64,000 bases of DNA from the human T2T-CHM13v2.0 reference genome, Homo sapiens. How positions within the stretch are numbered: position 1 is the stretch's first letter; each line of letters begins with the position of its first letter. Shown here in pieces: positions 1 to 14,433 of the stretch. The stretch lies in the NCBI RefSeq assembly GCF_009914755.1, contig NC_060934.1. One strand, given 5' to 3'. A program made the translations under genes and the position numbers. The notes under the pieces are model-generated. The model had not been told where the DNA came from. It did no database searches and saw only the letters and a program-made list of their open reading frames with translations.

Positions 1-79
1 TCAGGAGATATAACTTCTGTGGGAGATCATCAGAGTATTAATGATACCTTTTAATTAATGAACAGCACTGACTTCTCTT

Positions 80-144
80 CATAAACACAGGAAGACCGGC
101 ACACAGGCAAGATCCGCACGCACGTTCAATTAAAGTAATTTATT
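80..144 (-). terminator. Polyadenylation signal AATAAA (144-139) with downstream GU-rich element
   Basis: Plus-strand TTTATT at 139-144; downstream minus-strand sequence is gtgcgtgcgg...cctgtgtgccggtcttcctgtgtttatg. Confidence 0.8.
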
Positions 145-779
145 GTATTCTTCCAGATCAGACATAAAGAGCATCTTGGGAATTGATACCACAACACAAT
201 GTTATACACCATTTTCACAACCAGGCTTGCATTGAATTCTTTTTTAAAGAACATAGTAATTTTAAAAAATCTAAATATTTACATATTAATAAAACATATA
301 TACAGAAGATTGAGACATTATCCATAGATATGGATTTTTTTTTTGCTAAGAAAGCCTATAAAAAGGTTTCTGAATAAAGACTGAACAGTAGTCACAGTAA
401 GTAAACACAATTTTAATTTACAAAATATGATTTTGCTGTTGCAGTTTTGATACGTATTTCCAGTGTGTAGATCCGTTCATCGCACACATCTTTGGGTTGA
501 ACAAGCTCCACCCGTCCTCAAGTGCTGAACACCCCAAGCTGTGGCCCCGCCTTGGAAGGCAGTGCTTCTGAAGGTTCCCAGCAGATCTCTTAACAGACCA
601 CAGTTGGAAGTTAGCGTTTCTGCCTTGACCAGCAACATACTCATCCTATTTTAACACGGCGAAAGGTCACCAATTAATCTTCTCCCTTCCCTTGGGTAGT
701 AGCTCCTTGTGGGAGGCAGAGGACGGATTTTAAAACCCATGGTGCAAAAAACACAAGAGCTGTGGTTTGCAGTCCTTCA
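120..779 (-). other. BEND7: BEND7 3' UTR
   Basis: Repeat-free AU-rich sequence between the stop at 782-780 and the AATAAA at 144-139; the end coordinate is an estimate. Confidence 0.75.
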
Positions 780-787
780 TCAGACCA
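780..787 (-). CDS. BEND7: BEND7 terminal coding segment (G|TG GTC TGA = VV*)
   Basis: Acceptor ccctttgttttctcaag|TG, followed by an AU-rich UTR and a poly(A) signal. Confidence 0.8.
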
Positions 788-2378
788 CTTGAGAAAACAA
801 AGGGACTGTTGTCAGGAACGGGATTACTTACTGGCCAGAAATGGAAAAAGGCTAACAAAAAGGTATGATGGAAATAATTTCTCCAAACCTTCCTTGTAGC
901 CCCCCAAAAGAAGAAAAAGAAGCCACACATATATGAGATGTAACTTGTCTAGTAGTTAGATTGATTCTACAAGCCACGCCTAAAGCCAGCTTTTTGTTAC
1001 AGTACAGGGATGCCTTCTCTCATCTTTGATGACTGGCTGGTCTTTGGTGGAACAGGGATTTATCCCAGAGGGCCTCTCCTATCTCTAGGTTTAGCGTTTC
1101 AGTGTGATGTGACATGAATACCTTGGACAGGGTAGTCAGGAAATTCGGGTTCTAGGCAGGGCCCCAGCCACGGAGGGGTTAACGGGCTCTGGGCAACCGC
1201 TTACCCTCATTCATCCTCAGTTTCCCGGGTGGGACTGAGTAGCCTCTACAATAACTTTTAGCTCTTAACATTCTGTGCTTTGCCAAATCCAGGGCTAGGG
1301 GAAGGCACTGGAACTGCTAGTGGACAGGTGTGAACCCCGGGTTTGGTGATGTGTAGTCCAAATTGTTCTCATGCCAATTTTTGGCCTTTGGGTCAAGTGG
1401 CGAAGATTCAATGCAATTTGCTTTATACAATAAATGAAGTGTAAATGCAGTGTTTCTAAATAACACAGTGTTTTAAATTCACCATCTTATTAGAGAAAGA
1501 AATCTGGAGGTAAATATTTCTATAAAACAAATACCTTCATGGCAAGATATCTTTTTAAAATAAATCCAGATTTTCATAAATTAGTTTTATATAAAGTGGA
1601 GGGCAAGTATACTAGGAACCAAATAAATGACATAATATTAAGTACATTTTTAGCTAGTTACCACATGGTGCCAAAACCCTGTAGCACTCCGTTAAGACCA
1701 TCTGTTAAAATGGCTGTCAGGTATCATGTAGATAATTTACTGGTTTTCTCACCTTTTAATTAGTTATTTTGTCATTGTGTTGACGCAACTTAGGTGAAAG
1801 GTTTTTCTTTCCTAAGAACTCATAGGTCATTTGCACTTACTCAGTTACAAATGGCTATTTGGGGGGCACTGACGTCATGAATGATTTCATCTTACAGGTC
1901 AGAGCTATCCTATCTCCCAAAACAACTTTTTCATCTTCTAAGATGATGAAGGTCTAATTAATCTTGGCCTTCACAACTGCTCTCTCAGCACTGGAAAGAG
2001 CCATTCTCCTTTATACTGCATCTAAGCAATTTACATTAAAATAAATACGTTTCAAAGCTCTATATTCATACTGAGGTTTTGAATGAAAACAGGGAAGAGA
2101 GAACCACTTCTTTATAATGGACAATGAACTCACTGAATCATATGCTGGACTTTTAAAGGGTAACAAATCAACCCTAAAAATGATTTAAAAAATCTTATAC
2201 CAGATTGGAGGCTTGGTTATCACACATTACAAAGAAAGTATATGAAACTATTCAAACATGACAGGTAAGCTTGACAGAACACCCACACTTTGCAGGAACC
2301 TGAAATGCTACGTGGATCTTTGTGGAAATTCAAACGGAAGTTACATATGCCACTCAACAATGTCACTAAAATCAAAGT

Positions 2379-2440
2379 CTAGGCAATGAAACCTGGTTCT
2401 GTGTCCTCCGTGTTTTCTCTCCTGGTGTCAAATATATTAC
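2379..2440 (-). CDS. BEND7: Candidate alternative terminal coding exon of BEND7 (GNIFDTRRENTEDTEPGFIA*)
   Basis: Strong acceptor ccttcattttcttgtctctgttgtag|GT; in frame with the phase-1 donor at 6303. Confidence 0.55.
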
Positions 2441-3846
2441 CTACAACAGAGACAAGAAAATGAAGGCGGAGAGCCGCTTCTTTAAGGAAGAGTTGTACAT
2501 GGTTCTGTGACATGGCTGGAGGTGGGCGTTCTGGACAAGTAAACAATTTACTGGGGAGGTGTCTGTGTTTCACACTTAAGTCGCTAAGTTTTTAGCCAAG
2601 GCTTTAGTTGTCCTCCATGAGCAATTGTAGAAATTGGAAATTTGTAATGATTTTTTATGAGAAAGGCCACGAATGTGTGTTACTATTAGAGTATATCCAC
2701 ATATTGTCCAGTCATGGAAAATGGCCTAAAAGATAATTTACCTGCAAAACAGAATATTATGCAGCTATTAAAATAATGCATATGAAGATTTGCCATAGAG
2801 TGGAAAAATGCTTGTTAGGTAAAAATCAAAAAAACATGTAGGAAACAAAATTTTACATATTTGATCTCCACTGTATAAATAAATAAAATGGAGAAACATT
2901 TGAGAAAAATCATCCAATAATGGTTGTCTGTGGGTGGTAAAAGCAATTGAAATGTTCTTCCTTACACTTTTATTAATTTTTTAAAAGTATGTAAAATGCC
3001 AATTTATGACAATTGCTAAGTCTAGATGAACATCCCCATTTCAAATTTGGAAGCCCCATTTTAAATTTTAGAAAGCACTGTTTTGATTTCACTTTCTCTA
3101 TACTTTTTTTTTTAATGCAAATTGTCCCCAGCTCCTGGGTGGCTTTTCTTGAGCCCCAGACCCTCTCCACACATCTGTGCTATAGCATTTATGTAATTCC
3201 TTCTGCCTCTCACACTAGTCTGAGGGCATTTGTACACCAGCACCCAACACGGGGCTGATTCTTGGTAGTTGCTCAAAAAGGCTTAGTGAATAGGGTTAAG
3301 GGAAACTAAAATAGATGCACTACAGAAGGTGAATCCATTTCTGCTAAAGCCTGATGAACAGAAGGTTGCTTAAATGTAATGCATCCAAACAAATGTCATT
3401 TGACCTGCCTGTAACCCTACCCTAGTCACTTCTGGTTCATAGAAACACTTAAGCATTTACATCCCTTTCCCTGCCCTTCCCCCAAATACACAACTTTGGA
3501 AGGAGGAAAAAAGACCTTAAAAAAGTAATAAAAGCATTGTTGAATCTTTAAAAAGAACTAACTGTTGCTAGCTCAGATAAATGGGATAATGAGAGTCTGT
3601 ATCAGAGCCCTTGGTCGATCCTGTGGTTCTGACCAGTGAGGCTCAAGCTCAAGGATGAAACCACATGTGCGAGAAAGGTGGAGTCCTTAAAGGGCACATG
3701 TGAGGAGGGGTGTTAGGAGCAGCACTGCATTCAAAGAAGCCAACCAGAATGGGGATTTTACTTTGGAGGCAATCAAGAGACACGCTATCCAGGTGAATAT
3801 CAAGATTACTTAATATTATTACTGCAAAATTTGAGCATCAATCTGA

Positions 3847-4154
<308 letters not shown>

Positions 4155-6302
4155 TCTTTTCCTCTTTTCTAAATGATAAACGTTTTTATTTATCATGCTG
4201 CTTAGTGATTTGTATCAAATATCTATCAATAGTTTAATGAAAAGATCTGCAAGTGTGTTATACTATTTTCTTCATTATGACCTCACAGCCTTGGGTAAAG
4301 TTTGAGAAAAGACTGGAAGAAACGAGTTTCAGCTGCAGTGAACCGGGCCGACTGACGACGAACATTTTAATTGTGAAGACTGAGACAGTGAAGAGGACTC
4401 CTAAAGGGATTAGCACATCCATCATCTCTTAGGATCTTTAAGAAACATGCAGAGAAAAGCTGGCTTTGGCTTAGGTATGAGAAAGCTATATGGTATCATG
4501 GCTGGGAGTCGAGGGACCTGGGTTCCGGCCAGGCCGTCAACCAGCTGTGAGGCCGTGGGAAAGCCACTTAATGTTTCTGGGCCTCAGGCTTTTTTTCCTG
4601 TAAAATAAAAGGACTGGATAAAAAGAAGGGATTGGACTAGAGGATCTCTCAAGTTCCTTCTCATTCTCAGATTCCTTGACATTTTTTTCAGTTCCATGAG
4701 GCTCTTCTAGCACCCTCTGACCTCAGTTTTCTCACTGGAAACGTATCTCCAACTTCAGATAGGAAAATACAAAGGCATTCCGTACTCACCACTTGGGGGT
4801 GAATATAAACTTCAAGGGGAGTGGCTTTCAAATAATAAAAGCTCACTGTGTCACATGACACAGGAGGACAGGCAGTGCAGATGGCCAGGGTGGGAGGGCA
4901 CTTGGGAAGCACAGCTAGAAAGGCATGGTGCTCCCCTGAAGGGCCTTCTGAAGGCTAGGTCTATTACGATTAGGATTTCATGGATCGGCTGGGATTGGGC
5001 CCAGGTGATAAGAATGAGGCTGATATGCGTGCCCTGATATTCAGAGAATGACAAATTGGGAAGGAACAACAGAGATCACGTATTTCAATTCTCTTAATTC
5101 ACAAATGTGAAAACACAGCCAAAGAAGAACAGAAATCTCTTTTATATAATGACTCTGTATGGGAAGAACTTGATGTAGGCAGGTCTTTTTGCACTATGTA
5201 GCTCATTTGATTTATCTGTCCATTGATCTGTTGCTTAGCTACTCAGTGGCAGAGAAAGCAATGTGTCTCTTACACGGCTGAATTTTCCTGTTGCTCTGAA
5301 GCTCTGAAGTTCACTAGCACAGGCCCATCCTATGCCTGCGAATGTGGCTTTCCTTGCCATTTTGGGATATGTGCTGTCAATGAATACATGGCCTAGTCAA
5401 GTTCCTACACAACCTAGAGACTCCACTAATATTTGCTGAATTTAATCAACACAGACCACCCCAAAACTAGAGGAAAAAACATTCGGTTGAACCTTTTCAG
5501 TAAGAGGGTTTTTGGGGGTACCTGGGTTTTGTGGGCAGAGAATCTTCAGATATCCTTTGGAGGGAAGTCAGTAGAGTCCTGTGACCAATGGAGGGGATAC
5601 ATTGTTTTCCACAAGGCTCATTGATCAGACACCTGCCCCTCTGGCTCTCAGATATGAACCCATACACAGGTAGGAAGCCAGGGTCAGAAGCATTACTTGA
5701 GAGTCAAATAACATGAAGTTGGAATTATGTCTATGGCTTAACACAACAGCGTGCAGCAAATGCTTCCATGGAAGGGTATCTTCAGCTGATCTGGTCCTGG
5801 TATTAGGAATGTGCCACTCACGCCGGATGGCTGGCCTTGTTCAAATCGCTCAGTTAAAACATAGTATTCACTGGGTGTCCACTGATTGACTGCTCAAGGC
5901 TCCAAGGCCGTTTGGAGGAGGTGGGAGAGGACAGCCTAGCCATGAATTTGATCACACAAAATTAGTGGTCCCCGTTTTAAGGTGAAATCTCATTTCACGT
6001 TAAAAATATTTTGTAATGTCCAAAGGTTTGGGGAGGCAAAATGTTATGATACTTAGTTCTTAGGATTTGCTCTTCTGAGATTTTTATGAAAATAAGAGTG
6101 TGAGAAAAACGTTTTTCTATTCAGTATGAAAAACATCTCTGAGTACGGGGCCTTGAGAAGCTCCAATGACGGGGCCTGGTCCACTGCAGAAGCAGTTTGC
6201 TCAAGTGTCTGCATGTCTAATGTTAAAATCGTTTTCAATGCAAATAGTTTTGTGGGCTGTATTTTCCAGGAGGTGATGAAAATGTAAATGCGTTTTATTT
6301 AC

Positions 6303-6356
6303 CTGTTGGTGGTAGAGCAATGCCGTCCAGTCTTTCATCACTGTCCGCGATCTCTG
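6303..6356 (-). CDS. BEND7: BEND7 small coding exon, 54 or 51 nt ((A)EIADSDERLDGIALPPT)
   Basis: Tandem acceptor aacCAG|CAG|AG, donor ACAG|gtaaat; in frame, phase 1/1. Confidence 0.9.
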
Positions 6357-6545
6357 CTGGTTACAAACATAAGACACAAATCTCATTAGTTCCAGGGAGC
6401 ACATTCATTTTACAGAAAATAGTGATGTAATTTTAAAAACTCCAGTATACATAACTGTTTTCACCATTCTTTTCTGTTTTCAGCTACCGTTGGTTCATAT
6501 TACAGATGTTAATATCATTATTTGAATATTTTTTGATGATGGTGA

Positions 6546-6820
<275 letters not shown>

Positions 6821-7767
6821 ATTAAAACTTTTTAAAATCTTATGAACCTCATTCTATTGATCACTGATGATTTCTGTTTATTTTCACTTATTTACATAGG
6901 CTTGAATATCGAACCAGCATGTGGGGTGAATTGTTTAAATAGGGTCATCGCGGGGATGTGTCAATGAATTCCTGCTGTAGAATTTGCACTTGGCATCGCC
7001 GGAACCACTCCTGGGGGGCAGCTTAGGAAATCTTGAGAATGAACCTTTCTTTGGAGATGGCTGATTCAGATCCTAGAACTGCCAATCTAACTCTGGCATT
7101 AACGTGGTCATGAAGAAGGAATAGGCGTTGCTTCAAAAGATTCTCCATTTCTAAGTTTTAAAATGCAAACCTTCGCTCGTGTCTGATAAATGTATCCATC
7201 TCCTTGGGAGTTTTCCAAAGGTAGATCCTTCAGTCACAAAAAACCTTCTGTTACATGCGAAAAAAAAGGTGCACGTGTGTCTCTTGACAAGGGATGGGCT
7301 TGTTAGTTTCCCGTAACATGTGGGGATGGGAAAACATCACATTATGGCCCCTGGGATAGTTTCGGTGGTGGCCTCCATGGCTCAGGGCCTGTGGTCCCCA
7401 CAGGCAGGCCCCTGCTGACTGCATAATGTGCGTGGGCAGCCCTTGTGAGGCTGTTGAATGAGGTCAGCCTTGGCACCATGTTGTAACACTGAGTCAGAAG
7501 CAGCCTAAACTAGTGCTACGTACTTGTTTTTATTGTTGCTTTAAACATAATCAGGGCTTAGCTACGGCTAGAAATATTGTATGGCTCCCCTGTCTCCTTC
7601 ATCCTCCAACATCTTGTCCTCAGATGGACGCTCACTGGCATTAATGAAAGACCCCTTGTCTGCTGACCTGCTAGATCCACCACAAAGAGAAATCACTGAG
7701 AAGGGATGAAATATGCAAGACCAACCTAGGTTGGATTAGATTAGCAACTGCTAAAAATGATGTTGTA

Positions 7768-8028
7768 TTTGGGAGGCCAAGGCGGGTGGATCACGAGGTC
7801 AGGAGATCGAGACCATCCTGGCTAACACAGTAAAACCCCGTCTCTACTAAAAATACAGAAAATTAGCCAAGAGAGGTGGCAGGCGCCTGTAGTCCCAGCT
7901 ACTCGGGAGGCTGAGGCAGGAGAATGGTGTGAACCCGGGAGGCGGAGCTTGGTGAGCCGAGATCGCGCCACTGCACTCCAGCCTGGGCGACAGAGCGAGA
8001 CTCCATCTCAAAAAAAAAAAAAAAAAAA
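7768..8028 (+). mobile_element. 5'-truncated AluY
   Basis: Y-type diagnostics, poly-A tail, TSD core gatgttgta on both sides. Confidence 0.9.
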
Positions 8029-10226
8029 GATGTTGTAGATGAATATTTAACAACATAAAAATATTCAAACCATGGGATAAATGGTGTGATTAAGATTCTG
8101 GAAACAGGTTTATAGAAAAAATATGGCACATACTGAAATGTTAACTGTGTTTCCCTCTGGATGAAAGGCTTTAGGTATTTTAAATTTTGTTCTATGGCTT
8201 TTAGAAATTATTTTATATATGAAAAATAATGAACATATGTTATGTTTATATTTAGAAGACATTATTTTCTTCTAATTGGTTTGAGTGAGTTGGGGACAGA
8301 TGGTCTTCATGGTAGTTCTCTCACTGCCTAGGATTTTAAAAATCCTTCAATAATAATAACAATGATAATCACCATGTATTAAATGCTCACGGGGCACTTG
8401 ACATGCAGTGTGTCGCTGAACCCTTAGGACACTCTACAAGGTGGGTCTGTTGCTCTGCCCATCTTAACACATAAGGAAAGTGAGACAGAGGTTGGGAAAC
8501 TCACTCCAGGTAACACAGCTAGTAAGTAACAATGCCAAGGACATGAGTCGCGTTAATGTCTGGGCTATTCGTCTCTTTGCTATTAATAGTCCAAACATAC
8601 CATATGCATCAATATGAGCTAATTTCTTAAATCTTCGAGTTCTAGTTCATTTTATATTTTGGCAACTTTCTTTACATGTATAATTGCTTTTCATTTAGTT
8701 ATAACAAGATCAGTTTTGGGTATAAACTGACCTTCCTTTTGTAATTCAGCTATCCTCCCTTTGAAAAAACAGGCCTATGCAATTATGTGCTTTAGTAAGA
8801 ACAGAACATATATAACCAAAAAAATATATAGATGATTATATATAAATCAGAACACGCTAGCTGCATGAATAGGGGCTGAGAGTCAAGGAGGAAGGCACTG
8901 TTGTGTTACTCAAATTTAATTATAACATCTATCTGCAACAACAAGCTCACAGTCTTTCTTCCCCGGTGACAATCAAGTTGGTAAATTTGGAAAAGATTGA
9001 GCAAGTCCAATAAACATTTAACAGCAGTGACATCTTTACTCTGAGATCTAACACGATATATTGTGATTTCAGCTCTGAGAAAATCATCTGATGGCAATGA
9101 TAAAAATGCACACCAGGAAAGGAATCACTGGAGCTATAGAATAAAAATTATTCCATGTGACGACAGCCCCAAATGAATTTCTATTTGGATTTGCATAACG
9201 GCCTTTCAAATCTGTGTGGGGCACTTCTTTTTTTCTAGAGGCAGTGCAGGCTTCCTTAAGTGGTAGCCAATTAGCTTGTGGAGTCAGAATCTCTACCTCA
9301 TTCCAGGAATGGAGCCAGATATGACAAATAAGGTGGAAATTGTGCAATCTCTATGAGACACTGTTTGTATTATCATTTAGACTGAAAATCAGACAAAAAG
9401 CATGAGAGCAGGTAATATTATTGATCCAGACCTCTCGGTTCCTATCGGCATCATGGAAGGAAATACAAGTGGTTCTAGTTTCAATTTGCTGGGGCCCCAC
9501 TTCTGTGCCCTAGAGGAGAATGATGTGGAACAGGATTTGACAAAATGGGGAGACAAACTGTATTTGGCAGGTCATTGCTGATGTGCTGTCATTTGGGTCT
9601 GCTTGTCAGGGTTGGTTTTGTCTTACAGCCACCTTCTACTTCTCAGTTGTTAATAGAACCTGCTAGGAACGCAGAAGAGAAGGGCCAAGGGAGCCGATCA
9701 CAAGTATCTGGGCAGATCATCTAAACCAGTGGTCAAAAGTTACAATGTCCAACATCAAATATTCTGATGTCTAAGGGGCAGGAGCGGGCAAGTGAGTGGG
9801 GACTCCTCGAGGAGGGGAGGGGTGGGGAGCAGGCTGTGGCTTGGGTCTCATCCTGTAGAAGTGGGCAAACCTGGGGGGAAATGGGCATTTGTGATGGGAA
9901 TTATTAATAGAAATGAGACATGGTTAGGGGATGTGTTCCCTGGCCAGTCTGCTTGGGGGAAAGAGAAGAGGGATGTGGCGGCACATCCCTACTGCATGCG
10001 TGCCTGCTTGCTGGTGGGACAGGGGAAGGGAATAGAGACCAGAACTTATAATAATCGGTCTCAGCATCTGACAATAGAAGGAAACTAAGGTGTGTTTATG
10101 TCTAAAATGTGCAGCATGGGGAAGGCAGCAGAACATTTACACTGTGTTTCTTACTCAGACACATGATCCACTGCCAGCAAGGTCTTTCTGGGTCCCTGAG
10201 AATAGCCTTCTACAGAATTTCTCCAC

Positions 10227-10538
10227 CTTTTTTTTTTTTTTAAAGAAACAGGGTCTCGCTCTGTCACCCAGACTGTAGTGCAGTGGCCAGTCGTCGCTCA
10301 CTGCAGCCTCAAACTCCTGGGCTCAAGTGATCCTCCCATCTTAGCCTCCCAAGTAGGTGGGACAACAGGTGCGTGCCATCTTGCTTGGCTAATTTTTAAG
10401 ATTTTTTTCTTTTTTTTTGGTGTGTGTGTGTGTGTTTGTGTGTGTGTAGATAGGGTCTCCACAAAACATCTGGAGATGTTGCCCAGGCTGGTCTCGATCT
10501 CCTGGGCTCAAGAAATCCTCCTGCCTCAGCCTCCCAAC
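10227..10538 (-). mobile_element. AluJ with (TG)n microsatellite in the linker
   Basis: Diverged Alu arms; TG repeat at ~10420-10447. Confidence 0.85.
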
Positions 10539-10651
10539 TATTTTTAATTTTTGAGGAACCTCCATACTGCTTTTCATAATGGCTACACTAATTTATATGA
10601 AATTAAAAATATTATCTAGAGATTTGTGGCCTCCTAGAGATAGTTATTCTT

Positions 10652-10900
10652 TTTTTTTAATTGTACTTTAAGTTTTAGGGTACATGTGCACAACGTGCAG
10701 GTTTGTTACATATATATACATGTGCCATGTTGGTGTGCTGCACCCATTAACTCGTCATTTAACATTAGTTATATCCCCTAATGCTATCCCTCCCCCCTCC
10801 CCCCACCCCACAACAGGCCCCGGTGTGTGATGTTCCCCTTCCTGTGTCCATGTGTTCTCATTGTTCAATTCCCACCTATGAGTGAGAACATGTGGTGTTT
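10652..10900 (-). mobile_element. 5'-truncated L1PA 3' end with 15-bp TSD GAGATAGTTATTCTT
   Basis: Typical L1PA 3' UTR sequence; TSD at 10637-10651 and 10901-10915. Confidence 0.93.
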
Positions 10901-11574
10901 GAGATAGTTATTCTTATTTGATGGGAGAAAGCTGACTACACAGGGATTCTTCACTAGGAAATTGGCCCCCACTGTCACTTTGGGGAAGCTGAGACTTCAG
11001 TGACCAAATCTGAACAGTCACAATGAAACGGGTGCTCACTTTTCCTGGAAGAATAATCCCAGAATCTCCAAGCCCAGAATTTTAAACCCACACACACAAC
11101 CCGTGCATGGACGTGTGAGCACACACACCCATCCCCCACTTAAAATCCCTTTTACTTGATGTGGTGTTGCTGATAGAAGAGCTTCTTTCTTCTTTTTTTT
11201 CTAACCTTAAGCAACTTGTACTTTTATAAAGTCATGCAGATTCAAACAAATAAAAATCAATAGGCAGACAGAAGCGAACCATAAAAGAGAGAACCGGTTT
11301 TCATATATGACAGCATTAGACCACAAATGAGATTAGCAATCTTTTTCACTTGTACTATTCAATGCAAGTGGCCTGACATAATTTTTACTATTTAGTCTGA
11401 AGGTGAGTTTCAAAATTCATTTGAATAAGACTTTGAGAGCAAATCAGCATATTATAAACAGTCTCTCCTTCAAAAGACAAGATGCTGAAATAACCTAGAG
11501 CCAAGTATTGTACTTTATAAAGTCTAAGAATTCATAAGTGCTTCTCCAATTATTTTTCTGCACCTTAGTCATAC

Positions 11575-11694
11575 CTGAGCCTCTTTTTAACCTTCTTCTG
11601 GCCAGTTTAATTTGATCCTGTAGAATCTGCACCCAATCTCTTGGGCCAGGAAGCTTATCCACATGGTTAGCTGTACAGTACTTTTCTGTGAAGA
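11575..11694 (-). CDS. BEND7: BEND7 coding exon, 120 nt (VFTEKYCTANHVDKLPGPRDWVQILQDQIKLARRRLKRGS); C-terminal BEN helix
   Basis: Acceptor ttttctttcag|TC, donor TCAG|gtatga. Too short for the ORF track; translated by hand in frame with the previous exon. Confidence 0.93.
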
Positions 11695-13297
11695 CTGAAA
11701 GAAAATGTAAAATATTGTTAAATACCTTAACAAGTAAAATATGCAGATCTGAAACAGAAATATATTCTAAAAAGAAAAAAAAGTAGATTTCTAAAGGAGG
11801 TCAGTTCTGCACGATATGTCTTTGGTATCTGTATTATATTTGTTTGGCAAAGATGGAGATTGACAGGTCCTGGGTAGGTCCAATGCATTGTGCTTCAAAA
11901 CGAAACTGGCGGTACTCACTAAGTAGTTTGTATGGAAGCTACTCTTTCTACTGGCTCCACATCCATGTGTATGTGTCTTATAGGCAGAGAAGAAAATGCT
12001 TCCTAAGGGTCTACTGACCTTATGACAAGGTTTAGCAAACGTATTAAAAGAGTTCACTTTTTTGTTGTCAATTCAAAACTGAACGCAAAATTAACACGAA
12101 AAGATGGTCTTTCTCCTGGTGATTTCTACTAACTCAATCGCTACTCAAATAATAATGCAGTTGGTGTCGTGATGAAAGTTCCAATTCTACTTTAAGTCAA
12201 CCCTTTGCACATCACACGAGCTCCCAGGAAAGAACTGCCCGATTCAGCACAAAGGGGACTAAGGAGAACCCCACGGCAGGACACAAGGCAGGCGGGACAA
12301 TGATCGTGGGAGGGCTATGCACGGTGTGTGGCCGCACACGCAGCGCTGGGGTTGACATTTCCACCTCACACACACTCCTGAGCACTTTGAAACTCATCTT
12401 TTCAACTTGTCCTTCGTAAGGTCAAGATCTGGTAGGCCATCACATCACACTACCTCCTTGGTATTTAAAATATTGGTAATTTTGATGTTTTAAAAGGTTT
12501 CTCTTAAAAAAAAGACAAAAGAAAATATTGACAGATTCAACTAAAGAAAAAGGTAAAATTTCTATTGAATGAAAAATAAGACATTTCATCAGAATGAGAA
12601 AAGCTAGTTGTACTAAATGTGACCGAGAAGGTTCACCATCTACCATCAGATGAAGAGCTCATTCAAATAAAAGAGTAACTTCAAAAGTCCCCATAGATAA
12701 ATGGGCAAAAAATATTAGGAAAAATGTTCCATTAATATGTTAACCAAAGAACTGCAAAACACACTTTATACCTACTAAAATCAGAAAAACAATGTTAGAA
12801 AGCTAATACTTGATACTGATAAAATTGGCACATTCACACATTACTATTAGTGCAAACAGGGAAAACCCTTTTGAGAAATAAGAGTAATATTTAATGGGAG
12901 ACATAAAACTGTTATACCTTTGGACTGGTAATCTTACTCCTGGAAATTTATCCTAAGGAAATAATTTGAAAGAGAAAAGCGGCTATATGTGATCTCTACT
13001 GTCAAACACATGGCAACAATCCGATTGTGCAGGAAGAGATCGATGTCAGTAGCATGGCAGACACATTTCAAGGAGCCCAGAGAGCAGCAGGGAGTTCCCC
13101 TTCAGGAAGCTACTGCGAAAGCCGGAGCTAGTGACGCGTCTAGGGCCTCTCAGAGAACTGGCATTGTTTGGTTAATCACATGATGTGGTAAAAAGAGAAG
13201 AAAGGGAAGGTGTGTGAGCTGAAAGGACATCGCAGGCTTGGTTCGGAGCATGCTGTTAGGGGTGTTTGTGGAGCACCCAAATGGAGATAGCAGATAT

Positions 13298-13832
<535 letters not shown>

Positions 13833-13929
13833 TTTAGACAGAGAAATCTACAGTTCAGAGAAGGGGCCAAATTGAACACACTGGTTTAAGAGGCACAGAC
13901 ATACATGTGGTGGTTAAAACAGTAAGAGA

Positions 13930-14433
<504 letters not shown>

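Noticed and set aside
1870-1877. Full CRE palindrome TGACGTCA (also TCACGTGAC at 44187-44195)
   Set aside because: Isolated 8-9-mers are expected by chance in 64 kb and lack promoter context.
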